From contig CAZJDZ010000001.1 in assembly GCA_964544935.1 (NCBI GenBank), positions 27,018 to 91,017 on the forward strand: a stretch of DNA of 64,000 nucleotides, in the 5' to 3' direction. A program made the position numbers and the translations under genes. The number at the start of each line of letters is the position of its first letter. The stretch's first letter is position 1. The notes beneath the pieces were generated by a model that saw nothing but the letters and a program-made list of their open reading frames with translations, had not been told where the DNA came from and did not search any database. This document shows positions 35,494-46,099 of this stretch, in pieces. This stretch comes from an uncultured Candidatus Saccharibacteria bacterium (GTDB taxonomy: Bacteria > Patescibacteriota > Minisyncoccia > Phycocordibacterales > UBA5272).

Positions 35494-38058
35494 TTAATTT
35501 CTTAAATACTTGTATTCTTCACAATCACACTTCTTTACTTTCTTCCCCCTCCCACATGGGCATGGATCATTACGTCCATACTTTTCACTCCCATGATCTT
35601 GAGTAGGTAATGCGGCAGTAGCTCCCCCAGCGTCTGGAATTACTTGTACAAAATTATTTTGCGCTTGTTGTTGTGCCTGCTGCGCAGCAAAGAAACCATC
35701 TAAGTTTTCAACAAATGAAATCAAATCGTTACGAAGAGAATTCTCAAGTCCTTTAAACATACGAAGACCTTCCTTCTTGTACTCAACAAGTGGATCACGC
35801 TGACCGTACGCACGAAGATTAACACTTGAACGAAGATGTTCCATTGCATCAAGATGTTCCATCCAAAGCGTATCAATAATCTGAAGCATCATAATACGGA
35901 AAATATGATGTACTGCATCACGTCCATACTTTTCTTCTTTTTCTTTAAGCACAGCATCAAACCCTTCTTTTTGTGCTGCAAGCTCTGCAAGCACTTCGTC
36001 AACAAGAGCATCATCTTCAAATAAAATTCGACGGCGCTTTGTATAAATACTTGTACGTTGCTGATTGAGCACATCATCATACTGAAGGGTATGTTTACGA
36101 GTATCAAAATGGAATCCTTCAATCTTCTCCTGAGCCCCTTCAAGTGCACGAGAAACAAGACGTGACTCAATCGGCTCATCTTCTGGAATACCGAAGCGCC
36201 CCATCATGTTCTTGATATTCTGCGATCCAAAGACACGCATAAGATCATCTTCAAGTGACACAAAGAACTGTGTCTCACCAACATCACCTTGTCGCCCTGA
36301 TCGACCTCGTAGCTGATTATCTATACGACGTGCCTCATGACGCTCTGTACCAATCACAAAGAGTCCTCCGAGAGCGAGCACATCTTCTCTTTCTGAGTCA
36401 GTTGCACTTGGCCCACCGAGTTTAATATCCACTCCACGACCTGCCATGTTTGTGGCAATGGTTACCGTCCCTTTCTTGCCAGCTGCTGCAACAATTTCCC
36501 CTTCTTTCTCATGATTCTTTGCGTTAAGAACAGCGTGAGGAATATGCTCTCGTTCGAGGTACTTAGAAATAGCCTCATTCTTCTCAATAGAAATAGTACC
36601 AATGAGCACTGGCTGCCCTTTTTCATGAAGTTCTTTTACTTTCTTTGAGAGCGCTTGCCACTTTCCTTTTTCTGTTTGGAAAATAAAGTCATTATGATCT
36701 GTACGGTGGATTGGATTATGTGTAGGAACAGGAGTAACTACAAGACCGTACACTTTATAGAACTCTTCTTTTGAAGTCTCTGCAGTTCCTGTCATGCCGG
36801 CTAACTTCTCATAAAAACGGAAGTAGTTTTGGAACGTAATAGAAGCGAGTGTTCGTGACTCTTGCTCAATCTTCACTCCTTCCTTTGCTTCTACTGCTTG
36901 ATGAATACCATCTGACCAACGACGTCCTGGCTGCATACGACCAGTGAATTCATCAACAATAATCACTTCACCATCTCGCACTACGTATTCTCGTTCACGA
37001 AGGAAGAGTGCCCTTGCTTTAACAGCAGTTTCGAGATGATGCACATACTTCATTCCTTCTATTGAATAGATATTAGAAATATTAAGCGTGTTTTCTGCTT
37101 TTGTAATACCGTCTTCTGTAAGTGAAATTGCTCGTTGCTTTTCATCAACAGTATAATCCTCTCCTTCAACAAGAGACTCTGCAAGTTGAGCAAACTTCGT
37201 ATACATATCACTTGATTCCTGTGCTGGTGCAGAAATAATAAGCGGCGTACGAGCTTCGTCTATCAAAATAGAGTCGATTTCGTCAACAATTGCATAGTGA
37301 TGAGTATGTTGAGCAATAGCTTCTTTATTGTAACCAATATTATCCCTGAGATAATCAAAACCAAACTCATTATTAGTCCCATACGTAATATCTGCTCTAT
37401 ATGCCTCCTGACGACCACATGGTTTAAGATATTCATGAACAACTTTGTATGACCCAACTTCATCACGTACAGTATCATTTTCCTTATTTTCTTCTGGAGT
37501 GATATGTGTACTATCATACATAAATGAAGACTGGTGGTTGATTACTGAAATAGTAAGACCTAATGCATCATAGACCTGTCCCATCCATACTGAGTCACGA
37601 CGAGAAAGGTAGTCGTTTACCGTCACAATATGTACGCCACGTCCAGTAAGTGCGTTTAAGTATGCAGGAAGTGTAGCAACGAGAGTCTTTCCTTCTCCTG
37701 TTCGCATTTCAGCGATATGACCCATATGAAGAAGAATTCCTCCTATAACCTGCACACGGTAGTGCATCATATGAAGTGTTCTTCGTGAAGCTTCACGTAC
37801 AAGCGCAAACGCTTCAGGCAAAACCTCTTCAAGGACCTTCTTTTCTTTCTGAATAAGCGCTTCGCCTTGCAGACCTTCAAGCTGCTCCATAACATGGGCT
37901 TTTAAGGTAAGACTGCGAGCTTTGAGTTCTTCTGTATCAAGATCTTTGAGAGCATCTTCATACGAAAAAACCTTATCAACCAAAGGAGTAAGCTTCTTAA
38001 TAGTTTTTTTGGATTCGTCTGGGAAAATCGCATTAATCCCCTTGGTAATAAAAGACAT
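35494..38058 (-). CDS. secA: preprotein translocase ATPase SecA
   Basis: DEAD-like motor motifs (MRTGEGKT, IATNMAGRGVDIKLG) and C-terminal zinc finger CPCGRGKKVKKCDC. Confidence 0.95.
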   Translation of the reverse strand: MSFITKGINAIFPDESKKTIKKLTPLVDKVFSYEDALKDLDTEELKARSLTLKAHVMEQLEGLQGEALIQKEKKVLEEVLPEAFALVREASRRTLHMMHYRVQVIGGILLHMGHIAEMRTGEGKTLVATLPAYLNALTGRGVHIVTVNDYLSRRDSVWMGQVYDALGLTISVINHQSSFMYDSTHITPEENKENDTVRDEVGSYKVVHEYLKPCGRQEAYRADITYGTNNEFGFDYLRDNIGYNKEAIAQHTHHYAIVDEIDSILIDEARTPLIISAPAQESSDMYTKFAQLAESLVEGEDYTVDEKQRAISLTEDGITKAENTLNISNIYSIEGMKYVHHLETAVKARALFLREREYVVRDGEVIIVDEFTGRMQPGRRWSDGIHQAVEAKEGVKIEQESRTLASITFQNYFRFYEKLAGMTGTAETSKEEFYKVYGLVVTPVPTHNPIHRTDHNDFIFQTEKGKWQALSKKVKELHEKGQPVLIGTISIEKNEAISKYLEREHIPHAVLNAKNHEKEGEIVAAAGKKGTVTIATNMAGRGVDIKLGGPSATDSEREDVLALGGLFVIGTERHEARRIDNQLRGRSGRQGDVGETQFFVSLEDDLMRVFGSQNIKNMMGRFGIPEDEPIESRLVSRALEGAQEKIEGFHFDTRKHTLQYDDVLNQQRTSIYTKRRRILFEDDALVDEVLAELAAQKEGFDAVLKEKEEKYGRDAVHHIFRIMMLQIIDTLWMEHLDAMEHLRSSVNLRAYGQRDPLVEYKKEGLRMFKGLENSLRNDLISFVENLDGFFAAQQAQQQAQNNFVQVIPDAGGATAALPTQDHGSEKYGRNDPCPCGRGKKVKKCDCEEYKYLRN

Positions 38059-38102
38059 AGTTAGGGAATTATAGCACAAAAGACACTTTGGAGGTAGTTA
38101 CA

Positions 38103-38438
38103 CTACTCCTGCGAATCACTGCTTGTAAAAAACATAATGAAGGCTTCTTGAATCACTGGACGTAGATGAATAGATGTAACAACTCCATACCCACTTGATC
38201 TCCACTCTCCCCAAGAATCATCATCAACAGGAACATGAACATCATGAGGGAGAACTCCTGCACCAATTACCATAATGGCATATTTTTCTTCTTCATCTTT
38301 AAAATAAGCTTCCATAAGGTCCTTGTGGTACATACACTTACCGAAGAGGAGTGTTTCATTCTCAAGAAACACAAATTTAACCTTAGATTCTTCTGTGTCA
38401 CAAATATCAGGTAGTGGAATAATTATAGGCTTCTTCAT
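38103..38438 (-). CDS. hypothetical protein (~111 aa from MKKPIIIPLPD)
   Basis: ORF directly downstream of secA; no motif recognised. Confidence 0.45.
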   Translation of the reverse strand: MKKPIIIPLPDICDTEESKVKFVFLENETLLFGKCMYHKDLMEAYFKDEEEKYAIMVIGAGVLPHDVHVPVDDDSWGEWRSSGYGVVTSIHLRPVIQEAFIMFFTSSDSQE

Positions 38439-38580
38439 ACTACATAGTATATACCTTAACGGATTACAGTAAAATAACAAGACTTCACATATCAAAAGAC
38501 TTTGCTTATTTTGTGTCATATAAAAAACAAAACAGACATCAGTGGGAGCTGATGTCTGTTTCTTGAAGCTATCAAAGCGA

Positions 38581-38700
38581 TTATGCACGCTTTGCTGTCT
38601 TCTTTGCAACCTTCTTCTTTGCAACCTTCTTAACTGCTTTCTTTGCTACTTTCTTAGCAACTTTTTTAACAGCTTTCTTTGCAACTTTTTTTACTGCCAT
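38581..38700 (-). CDS. 39-aa lysine-rich repeat protein MAVKKVAKKAVKKVAKKVAKKAVKKVAKKKVAKKTAKRA (histone-H1/Hc2-like tail)
   Basis: Unlisted small ORF with a perfect terminator hairpin downstream (38530..38572). The KKVAKKA heptad is repeated five times. Confidence 0.45.
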   Translation of the reverse strand: MAVKKVAKKAVKKVAKKVAKKAVKKVAKKKVAKKTAKRA

Positions 38701-39515
38701 AGAATTTTTTTATTATACAAATCTGAGAGCGCTTGTAATTATTTTGATCACGACCATTGATCTCTACTCTCTATACATAAGTATGACACTCATCTACATA
38801 CATACAATAGTATGTGCTACAAAATGTGTGGATAACTTTTTATTTTCATTTTTTGTATTTATGCAAATGCGAATATTTTGCATAAAAGCTTTTAGCTGTT
38901 AGCTTGTAGCTATTAGCATAAATGAAAACAATACTTATTTTTTATTTTTTCTGCTATCCCTCTGCTAAGAAAAAAAATTATTTCCATGTAAAAGTAATCC
39001 GAGATAATTTGTTATATTTTTCCCATTCACTCTTCTTAATATTCTTTTCTCTGTTACTGTTCATACCACTTTATGATATGGAAAATGTATCCACCCAAGA
39101 AAATCAATACCTCGTGTATATGTTTGTATATAACATTTATCAGGCAGAATGACCTACTGGGATAATGCCCTGGCATTCTATACCAAGTGTCTTCATTTTT
39201 GAATCAGCAGACGAATTAGCAAGTTCGCTTTTTGAAAGCACGTCTTGGACGTAAATAAATCTGCACACACACCACTCTACCTTAAACCATGACCTAAGAT
39301 ACTCTCGGTGTATGGCTACTAATTTCGGTAACGAGTAACCGTAATCGCTCACGTATTCACCTACTCTCACTCATAATTGTAGATTACGAAAATATAAAAA
39401 TGAAAAAGTCCCGCACGGAGTACCGTGCGGGACAAGGACTAAGGTCAAAGGGTCCAAGTGCTAATTGAGACCAAAGTAACCGAGGTCTAAGTTCTAACCC
39501 AGTAGGCGATTGTGC

Positions 39516-40025
39516 TCAATCGCTTGCGAGAACAGCAAACGCGAACCCAGCGACATCGTCCCACCTGCAGACAGGGCTGCCGTGGAACGCGTTCAGCCAG
39601 CGACCCTTGTCACCACAATCCGCATAGAGCAAGTTCGGGTCGCCATCGGAGTCCTTGATGGGCTCGTGCATCGTGACGATACCCCAGAGACCCATGTCTT
39701 TGATCTCCTTGTCGGTGAACATGACACGGATGAGACAGGCGACTTCGGGGTTGGGAGCGACGTACTTCCGCTTGGTGGCTTCCGCACGGATGTTTCGTGT
39801 GATGCGTTCGTCATTCGAGAAGAGCGAGCCCTTCATGACGACGATCTCGGTTACGACGCCCTTGGTCGGCTTGAAGTCGGGAGACAGGAGGACTTGCTTG
39901 GCATAGTCGCCAACGTTGTAGCCGGCCTGTTCCAGGCGCTCGATCCAGCCGGAACCTGTGGTGCCGTCGGACGTGACCGTGAAGCGGATGATGACATTTT
40001 CTTCGCGCCAGGAACGGTTGGCCAT
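39516..40025 (-). CDS. hypothetical protein in a ~58% GC island (start MANRSWREENV with GGAAGGAG SD)
   Basis: The minus-frame translation has normal composition, while the plus-frame ORFs over the same DNA are Arg/Ala-rich shadow ORFs. SD is 8 nt upstream. Confidence 0.55.
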   Translation of the reverse strand: MANRSWREENVIIRFTVTSDGTTGSGWIERLEQAGYNVGDYAKQVLLSPDFKPTKGVVTEIVVMKGSLFSNDERITRNIRAEATKRKYVAPNPEVACLIRVMFTDKEIKDMGLWGIVTMHEPIKDSDGDPNLLYADCGDKGRWLNAFHGSPVCRWDDVAGFAFAVLASD

Positions 40026-40385
40026 AAAATGCTCCTTCCGGCTGATAGCCGATTGATTCATGTCTGCTAGACATGAAATCCTCTAATCCGAGGAGGAACC
40101 ATAACCGTATGGTCATAGCGAGAAATGTCCTAGAAATAGGCTACTTTTCGCTATGACTATACGCAAGTCAAAAATATCAAAGAACTACTGATGTAATATC
40201 ACATTTCACTATAAAAGTCAAGGAAATTAGCTTGGTCCGCAAGGGTTTTGTGACTATAACTCATAGTACACATCTGGTAAAAATGAAAAGCGGGGCGACT
40301 GAAGGTCGCCCCGCTTTTCATTTTATCTGTTCATCTATTAACGAAGTCTTATAGTATCCCCTGTCCACTCGTCCACGTCTTACTA

Positions 40386-40937
40386 CTAGCTACTAGCTGC
40401 CACCTTTGCTTTATAACTGTGTTCTTTTGCGATGCATCGACACCCATGCGGAGCAATATATTCATTCACAAATTCTTCTCCATAATCATAGACAATTTCT
40501 TCACCATTCTTGATATCTTTAATTGCCTTGATAAAAACACGCCCTTTTTTGATTTCACTTTCTGCATTCCCTGCTTCTTCACACGCGTGATTACAATATC
40601 GCGCAATATTCCACCTCACTGACCCATCAATAGTCTTATTGCGGTTTACTTCAAAGAGATACTGATTAGTGTTAATCTTTTCTGCTTCTTCTTTATTCAA
40701 AATATTTCCAATATATTCGATAATAAGTTCTCCTTTTTTGATATCCTCTCCCGCAAAGAGTCCAAGTCCTGCGAGACCACGCTTTACTTTTACATTCTTA
40801 AAATGATGATCAGGAAGCTTGGCTTGCTCCTTATGGTTTGTTGCAACTGTCCCTGTAATCTTCTTGGTAACTTTTTTGATTGCTTCGTTAGTTATCTTGC
40901 CACCTTTCTTTAAAATAATTGACTGCTTTTTCTTCAT
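40386..40937 (-). CDS. SET-domain lysine methyltransferase-like protein with lysine-rich N-terminal tail
   Basis: GLGLFAGEDIKKGELIIEYIG ... NIARYCNHACEEAGNAE ... GEEIVYDYG ... CRCIAKEH, i.e. SET core plus a post-SET cysteine. Confidence 0.7.
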   Translation of the reverse strand: MKKKQSIILKKGGKITNEAIKKVTKKITGTVATNHKEQAKLPDHHFKNVKVKRGLAGLGLFAGEDIKKGELIIEYIGNILNKEEAEKINTNQYLFEVNRNKTIDGSVRWNIARYCNHACEEAGNAESEIKKGRVFIKAIKDIKNGEEIVYDYGEEFVNEYIAPHGCRCIAKEHSYKAKVAASS

Positions 40938-41030
40938 AGTATAAGAAGCATACTATAAAGTACTTGTATTACAAAAAAGAAAAGCCTTCTACATGAGGGC
41001 TTTCCTACAAAACACTCGAAACAGCTAGTC

Positions 41031-41306
41031 CTATGTAAGTCTAGCAAAAAGAACATGTGGAAAAGTTGGTTCCCAGGCTTTCATCAAATGTCGAACTTGA
41101 GGATTTTGTATTTCAGCAAGCAAAATCCCTTGCTGAGTATTTGCTCGTATGCAATATATCCCCAATAGTGTCGGCAGATCAAATGCTTGCCATTTAAAAT
41201 ACTGATCGTAAAAACTCATATCCGGAAGTTTGACACATCTGACCTTAGAGCCCAAGATCGCAGTACCCACTGTCAGGTCACCTACTCCTCTAAATCTCAA
41301 TGCCAT
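41031..41306 (-). CDS. hypothetical protein
   Basis: 91 aa from MALRFRGVGDL; no motif recognised. Confidence 0.35.
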   Translation of the reverse strand: MALRFRGVGDLTVGTAILGSKVRCVKLPDMSFYDQYFKWQAFDLPTLLGIYCIRANTQQGILLAEIQNPQVRHLMKAWEPTFPHVLFARLT

Positions 41307-41435
41307 GATGATTCTCCTTCTGATCGTGACCAAAAGAAAACACACAGGTTCCACCTATTATAGTACTATAAAAATACTATGTGCACTATATTTCTTCATA
41401 CACTTCTTTTCCTTGGTATGATAGTATAAAAAGAT

Positions 41436-43571
41436 ATGAAATCAGTTCCAGAAAATCTTACAAAACCTTTTAATGCAGAAGCTGTAGAAGTAAAGCTATA
41501 TAACATGTGGGAGAAGAGTGGTTATTTTAATCCAGATAATTTACCAGGAGAAAGAAAAGAAGCATATACAGTAGTACTTCCTCCACCTAATGTAACAGGC
41601 ACACTTCACACTGGGCACGCTATCATGCTTGCAATTCAAGACACTCTCATTCGTTTTAAACGTATGCGGGGGTATAAAGCTCTCTGGATACCAGGAACTG
41701 ACCATGCGGCCATTGCAACTCAGTCAGTTGTTGAAAAAAAAATTCAAAAAGAAGAAGGAAAGAACCGGCACGATATAGGAAGAGAAGAAATGATGCGCCG
41801 TATTAATGAGTTTGCTCTTGAAAGTCAAAACACAATTCTCACACAAACACGTTCAATGGGAGCGTCACTTGATTGGTCACGTCTTGCTTTTACTTTAGAT
41901 GATACACGCAACCTTGCTGTACGGACGATGTTCAAAAAAATGTATGATGACGGGATTATTTACCAAGGTCACCGTATTGTGAACTGGGACCCAAAGGGGC
42001 AAACCACTATCTCAGATGATGAGCTTGTTTATGTAGAAGAAAAAACAAAATTTTACTACTTCAAGTATGGCCCTTTTGTAATTGGAACTGCTCGTCCAGA
42101 AACAAAATTTGGTGATAAATATGTTGTTATGCATCCAGATGATGAACGATATAAAGAATACACTCATGGACAGAAGCTAACTGTTGAATGGATTAACGGA
42201 CCGATTGAAGCAACTATTATCAAAGATGAATCTGTTGATCCTGCTTTTGGTACAGGAGTAATGACTATCACCCCATGGCACTCCGTAGTTGATTTTGAAC
42301 TTGCACAAAAATACAAGCTTGATTATGAGCAAATTATCGACAAATATGGAAAACTACTTCCTGTTTGTGGAGAGGAGTTCGTTGGAATGAAAATAAAAGA
42401 CGCTCGTGAAAAAATAATTGTAAAACTTGAAAGCAAAGGTCTTGTTTCAAAGATTGAAGACTACACACACAATATTTCAACAGCAGAAAGAACTGGTGGG
42501 ATCATTGAACCTCAAATCATGAAGCAATGGTTCGTGGCAGTAAATAAACCATTTAAACACTTTGGCACAGAAACAACACTTAAAGAACTCATGCGTAAGG
42601 CGGTGGAAAGTAAAGAAACAACAATCGTACCTGATCGATTTGAAAAAGTATATTTCCACTGGATAGAAAATCTTCGTGACTGGTGTATTTCACGACAGAT
42701 TTGGTACGGTCACCGCGTTCCTGTTTGGTATAAAGGTGATGAAATCTTTTGCGGAACTGAAGCACCTTCAGGTGAAGGTTGGGTTCAAGACGAAGACACT
42801 CTAGATACATGGTTCTCATCCGGTATGTGGACTTTCTCTACACTTGGGTGGCCCGAAAAAACAAAAGACATGGAGACATACTATCCAACAGCACTCTTGG
42901 AGACAGGTCATGACATTCTTTTCTTCTGGGTCGCGCGCATGGTGCTCTTCTCTATGTATGCCTTAAATGAAGTACCATTCAAACATGTCTATCTTCATGG
43001 ACTTGTTCGTGATGCACAAGGACGTAAAATGAGTAAGTCCCTAGGTAATGCACTCGACCCCCGAGACCTTTCTTCAAAATATGGGACAGATGCACTTCGT
43101 ATGGCACTCATGGTTGGTAATGGTGCGGGAAATGATCTCAAGCTTGGCGAAGACAAAGTAAAAGCATACAAACTCTTTTCTAACAAAATATGGAATGCGA
43201 CGCGCTTTGTACTTGAAAAAACAATAGACCTAGAAAAAGAAAGTAATCTTACAGATGAAGATCAAGCTGTATATGATGCATGGAGAGAGAAGCATAAGGA
43301 CATTACTCTAGATATCGAAAACTACCGCCTTCACCTCGCATCAGAGAAGATGTATGATTACTTCTGGAAGGTTTTTTGTGATGATATTATTGAAACGCGA
43401 AAGGTAAGAATTCTTGAAAACAAAGACAAAACAAGTGCACAAACACTTCTCCTTATACTTCTTCGTGAACAAATGATTGTAGCTCATCCTTTCATGCCGT
43501 TTATTACTGAAGAAATTTGGAAATACATTAAGAAAGATACTGACAACATGTTAATGGTAACGGCATGGTAA
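41436..43571 (+). CDS. valS: valyl-tRNA synthetase (compact form, 711 aa)
   Basis: PPPNVTGTLHTGHA (HIGH), WIPGTDHAAIATQ, KMSKSLGN. Confidence 0.9.
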   Translation: MKSVPENLTKPFNAEAVEVKLYNMWEKSGYFNPDNLPGERKEAYTVVLPPPNVTGTLHTGHAIMLAIQDTLIRFKRMRGYKALWIPGTDHAAIATQSVVEKKIQKEEGKNRHDIGREEMMRRINEFALESQNTILTQTRSMGASLDWSRLAFTLDDTRNLAVRTMFKKMYDDGIIYQGHRIVNWDPKGQTTISDDELVYVEEKTKFYYFKYGPFVIGTARPETKFGDKYVVMHPDDERYKEYTHGQKLTVEWINGPIEATIIKDESVDPAFGTGVMTITPWHSVVDFELAQKYKLDYEQIIDKYGKLLPVCGEEFVGMKIKDAREKIIVKLESKGLVSKIEDYTHNISTAERTGGIIEPQIMKQWFVAVNKPFKHFGTETTLKELMRKAVESKETTIVPDRFEKVYFHWIENLRDWCISRQIWYGHRVPVWYKGDEIFCGTEAPSGEGWVQDEDTLDTWFSSGMWTFSTLGWPEKTKDMETYYPTALLETGHDILFFWVARMVLFSMYALNEVPFKHVYLHGLVRDAQGRKMSKSLGNALDPRDLSSKYGTDALRMALMVGNGAGNDLKLGEDKVKAYKLFSNKIWNATRFVLEKTIDLEKESNLTDEDQAVYDAWREKHKDITLDIENYRLHLASEKMYDYFWKVFCDDIIETRKVRILENKDKTSAQTLLLILLREQMIVAHPFMPFITEEIWKYIKKDTDNMLMVTAW

Positions 43572-43769
43572 CGAAACTCAGACAATAAGAGTACTTACAG
43601 GTACGAGAACTACTCAACATGAGCGAAGTCTAAAGACTTCGCTCATGTTGTTTATAATCTAAAGCCTACCCGCTACTTTCAATGTTCTAACAACTGTGGA
43701 TAGTAGAACGAATATATTGACTCATATGGTTGTATACTGTATTCATACACAACTAACCGTTTATTAATT

Positions 43770-44327
43770 ATGCTTAAAGAAAAAAAATCATTTTTCGAGC
43801 GTCTTGCTGGCTCGATTAGCGTTGAGGATGAAGATGAGTCAGTGGATTTCGTTGCACCTCAAGTACAAGATGATGAACCTGAAGAGGAAGAAGTTCCTGT
43901 TAAGCATGTAGGAAATAAATCTGCTCTTGCTACTCAAATGGCACGACCTAAACATCATGTTGTAGAAGAAGACCATGACGACGAGGTTGATGTCGAAGAA
44001 GGCGAGCTCTCAGTAGATGTCTACCAGACAGCTTCTGAAATTATTATAGAAGCCATGGTTGCCGGAGTTAAACCTGAAGACCTTCACCTTTCAATTACAC
44101 GAGACATGGTTACCATTAAAGGACGCCGTGATGGAAATACCCAAGTAAATCATGATGACTATTTTTATAAAGAACTATACTGGGGAACTTTTACCCGTAC
44201 GATTCTTCTCCCTCATGAAGTAGAAATAGAAGAAGCAGAAGCGGTAGAAAAGCACGGGCTTCTCATTGTAAGACTTCCAAAGGTAGACAAGGCTCGTCAA
44301 ACAAAACTAAAAGTTAAGTCAATCTAA
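43770..44327 (+). CDS. Hsp20/alpha-crystallin small heat-shock protein with acidic N-terminal extension
   Basis: ACD pattern LSVDVYQTASEIIIEAMVAGVKPEDLHLSI...GTFTRTILLPHEV...GLLIVRLPK. Confidence 0.8.
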   Translation: MLKEKKSFFERLAGSISVEDEDESVDFVAPQVQDDEPEEEEVPVKHVGNKSALATQMARPKHHVVEEDHDDEVDVEEGELSVDVYQTASEIIIEAMVAGVKPEDLHLSITRDMVTIKGRRDGNTQVNHDDYFYKELYWGTFTRTILLPHEVEIEEAEAVEKHGLLIVRLPKVDKARQTKLKVKSI

Positions 44328-44363
44328 TAAAAAACACTGCACAGGTCGTGCAGTGTTTTTTAT

Positions 44364-44921
44364 TTAGATTAAATGTAAAAAGTTATTAAAAATCTCTCTT
44401 CCACATGTTTGTTCTACAAACATTTCAGGATGAAACTGTACACCGTATACAGGAAGACTCTTATGTTTTATAACCTCAACACCATCTTGTGAGCGAGCAA
44501 GCGATACCATCTCATTACCAAGAGAAGCAACTACCCATCTATGGCTTTCAAAAACAGAGAAATTTGTAATTGTTAAAAATAAATCATCTGGCTCTATAAC
44601 CTCTATCTTAATAAGTCCTTTTTCTTTTTCTTTCATTTCCTGTAACTTTGCCCCAAAAACATGAGCAATGAGCTCAAAACCAAAACAAATACCAAGTATT
44701 GGTTTATTACAGTTTCTAATAAATTCTATTTCATTTTCAAGAAGAGACTCATTACCAACTACAGGAAAGCTGTGCCCTCCTGATAAAATAAAGAGATCAA
44801 AATCTTTCTCTTTTTCTATTGAAAGATCTGCAAACGAAATCACTTCAAATTTTTTTTCTGCAAGTAATTGTTTGAGGCTTTCAATATAGCTTGTACCGTT
44901 GTCAACTACGAGAATTTTCAT
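44364..44921 (-). CDS. class I glutamine amidotransferase-like protein
   Basis: PILGICFGFELIAHVFG nucleophile elbow and C-terminal YGVQFHPE. Confidence 0.7.
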   Translation of the reverse strand: MKILVVDNGTSYIESLKQLLAEKKFEVISFADLSIEKEKDFDLFILSGGHSFPVVGNESLLENEIEFIRNCNKPILGICFGFELIAHVFGAKLQEMKEKEKGLIKIEVIEPDDLFLTITNFSVFESHRWVVASLGNEMVSLARSQDGVEVIKHKSLPVYGVQFHPEMFVEQTCGREIFNNFLHLI

Positions 44922-45001
44922 ATGTAATTTTAAGTATACTTTACAACATAAATAAAAAACACTGCACAGGTCGTGCAGTGTTTTTTATTCCTCTTTTTAA
45001 G

Positions 45002-45799
45002 CTAAGGAATAACAGCTACTGTTGTACTAGAGTACCCTGAATATCCCGCAATATTTAGTGCACGCAAACGGTAAGAATATGTTCCTGTAGCAAGTCCTAT
45101 ATCAAAATAAGAAGTTGCGTTAGGTGTAGTACTCGCTATAAGCGAAAAGTTGATCCCATCTGTACTTTTTTCAATAAAATATCCGAACTCATCTGAGTTA
45201 GTGTCATTCCATTGTACAAGTACATTAGTAGAACTAGAGACGGTATTTCGAACATTAGTTGGGGTATTAGGAATTGATGAATACGTAATTATTGTAGCAA
45301 GTCGACTAACACGTGCACCTGCTGTTCCAGAAACCCTAACTACACCTGTTTCTAATGTAGTAGAAGCATTCTTAGTCACAAAAAGACCTGAGTATGTAGT
45401 AGTAGCTAGCGTAACAGGAGTTTTACCAGAAAGTGCGTATGTTGCACTGTTAGCACTATCTGTTCCATTTAAACGATAAAAAACAGAGAGATTTGCTGTT
45501 CCACTGTTAACATCTTTTGATGCACAAGGGATAATTGAAATACCTGTAATCACAGATCCGTTAGGAACACTTGCTACTGAGACTGCAAATGAGTCGCGTC
45601 CACCTATAAGCGATGTAGAGACATAATCGGTTGTACCATTACATGAAGTCTCATCAACAAGCGTGTAATGTGTCGTTCCTGTTGATGGAGTCCATGCAGA
45701 ATATGAACCAACTCCAGAAGGAAGAAGGGTGGATGTTACCGATGCAGATACAAGCAAAACAGAACCGAGTGCGAGCAAACCTAAATATTTTTTATTCAT
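45002..45799 (-). CDS. secreted Ser/Thr-rich protein with C-terminal fibronectin type III domain
   Basis: Signal peptide; FN3-like PTNVRNTVSSSTNVLVQWNDTNSDEFGYFIEKSTDG...YSYRLRALN. Confidence 0.55.
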   Translation of the reverse strand: MNKKYLGLLALGSVLLVSASVTSTLLPSGVGSYSAWTPSTGTTHYTLVDETSCNGTTDYVSTSLIGGRDSFAVSVASVPNGSVITGISIIPCASKDVNSGTANLSVFYRLNGTDSANSATYALSGKTPVTLATTTYSGLFVTKNASTTLETGVVRVSGTAGARVSRLATIITYSSIPNTPTNVRNTVSSSTNVLVQWNDTNSDEFGYFIEKSTDGINFSLIASTTPNATSYFDIGLATGTYSYRLRALNIAGYSGYSSTTVAVIP

Positions 45800-46099
45800 T
45801 AACGTTATTGTTTATTTTAATAATACTTATTAAGTATAGCTTCTTAAAATAAGATTAAGAGCTAAGATGTACACATTTCTTACAGGAATCATGAGTACAC
45901 TTTCGGTCACAAGACTTCTGACTAACCCTATAAAAAATAAGATAACCAACCCTATTTGAATATTTATTTTCTTTTCATATACAGTATTCTTGAATCAGCC
46001 CGAATACGTTTTACTTCCATGGTTGAAAAATCAACTCTCAAGCAAAAGTGACACAGTCACAACTCTCACAATTTTAAATTTTTCTTTGTTAGCAACACT

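Noticed and set aside
38542-38760. 72-aa plus-strand ORF (Cys/Leu/Phe-rich)
   Set aside because: It is the antisense frame of the KKVAKKA-repeat mini-ORF; its composition is an artefact of the repetitive lysine codons.
39510-40116. Plus-strand ORFs 39510..40070 and 39655..39906, and minus-strand ORFs 39593..39814 and 39811..40116, over the GC-rich island
   Set aside because: They overlap the 39516..40025 minus-strand gene and have Arg/Ala/Pro-rich composition typical of shadow ORFs in GC-rich DNA. The minus-frame ORF has an SD and normal composition.
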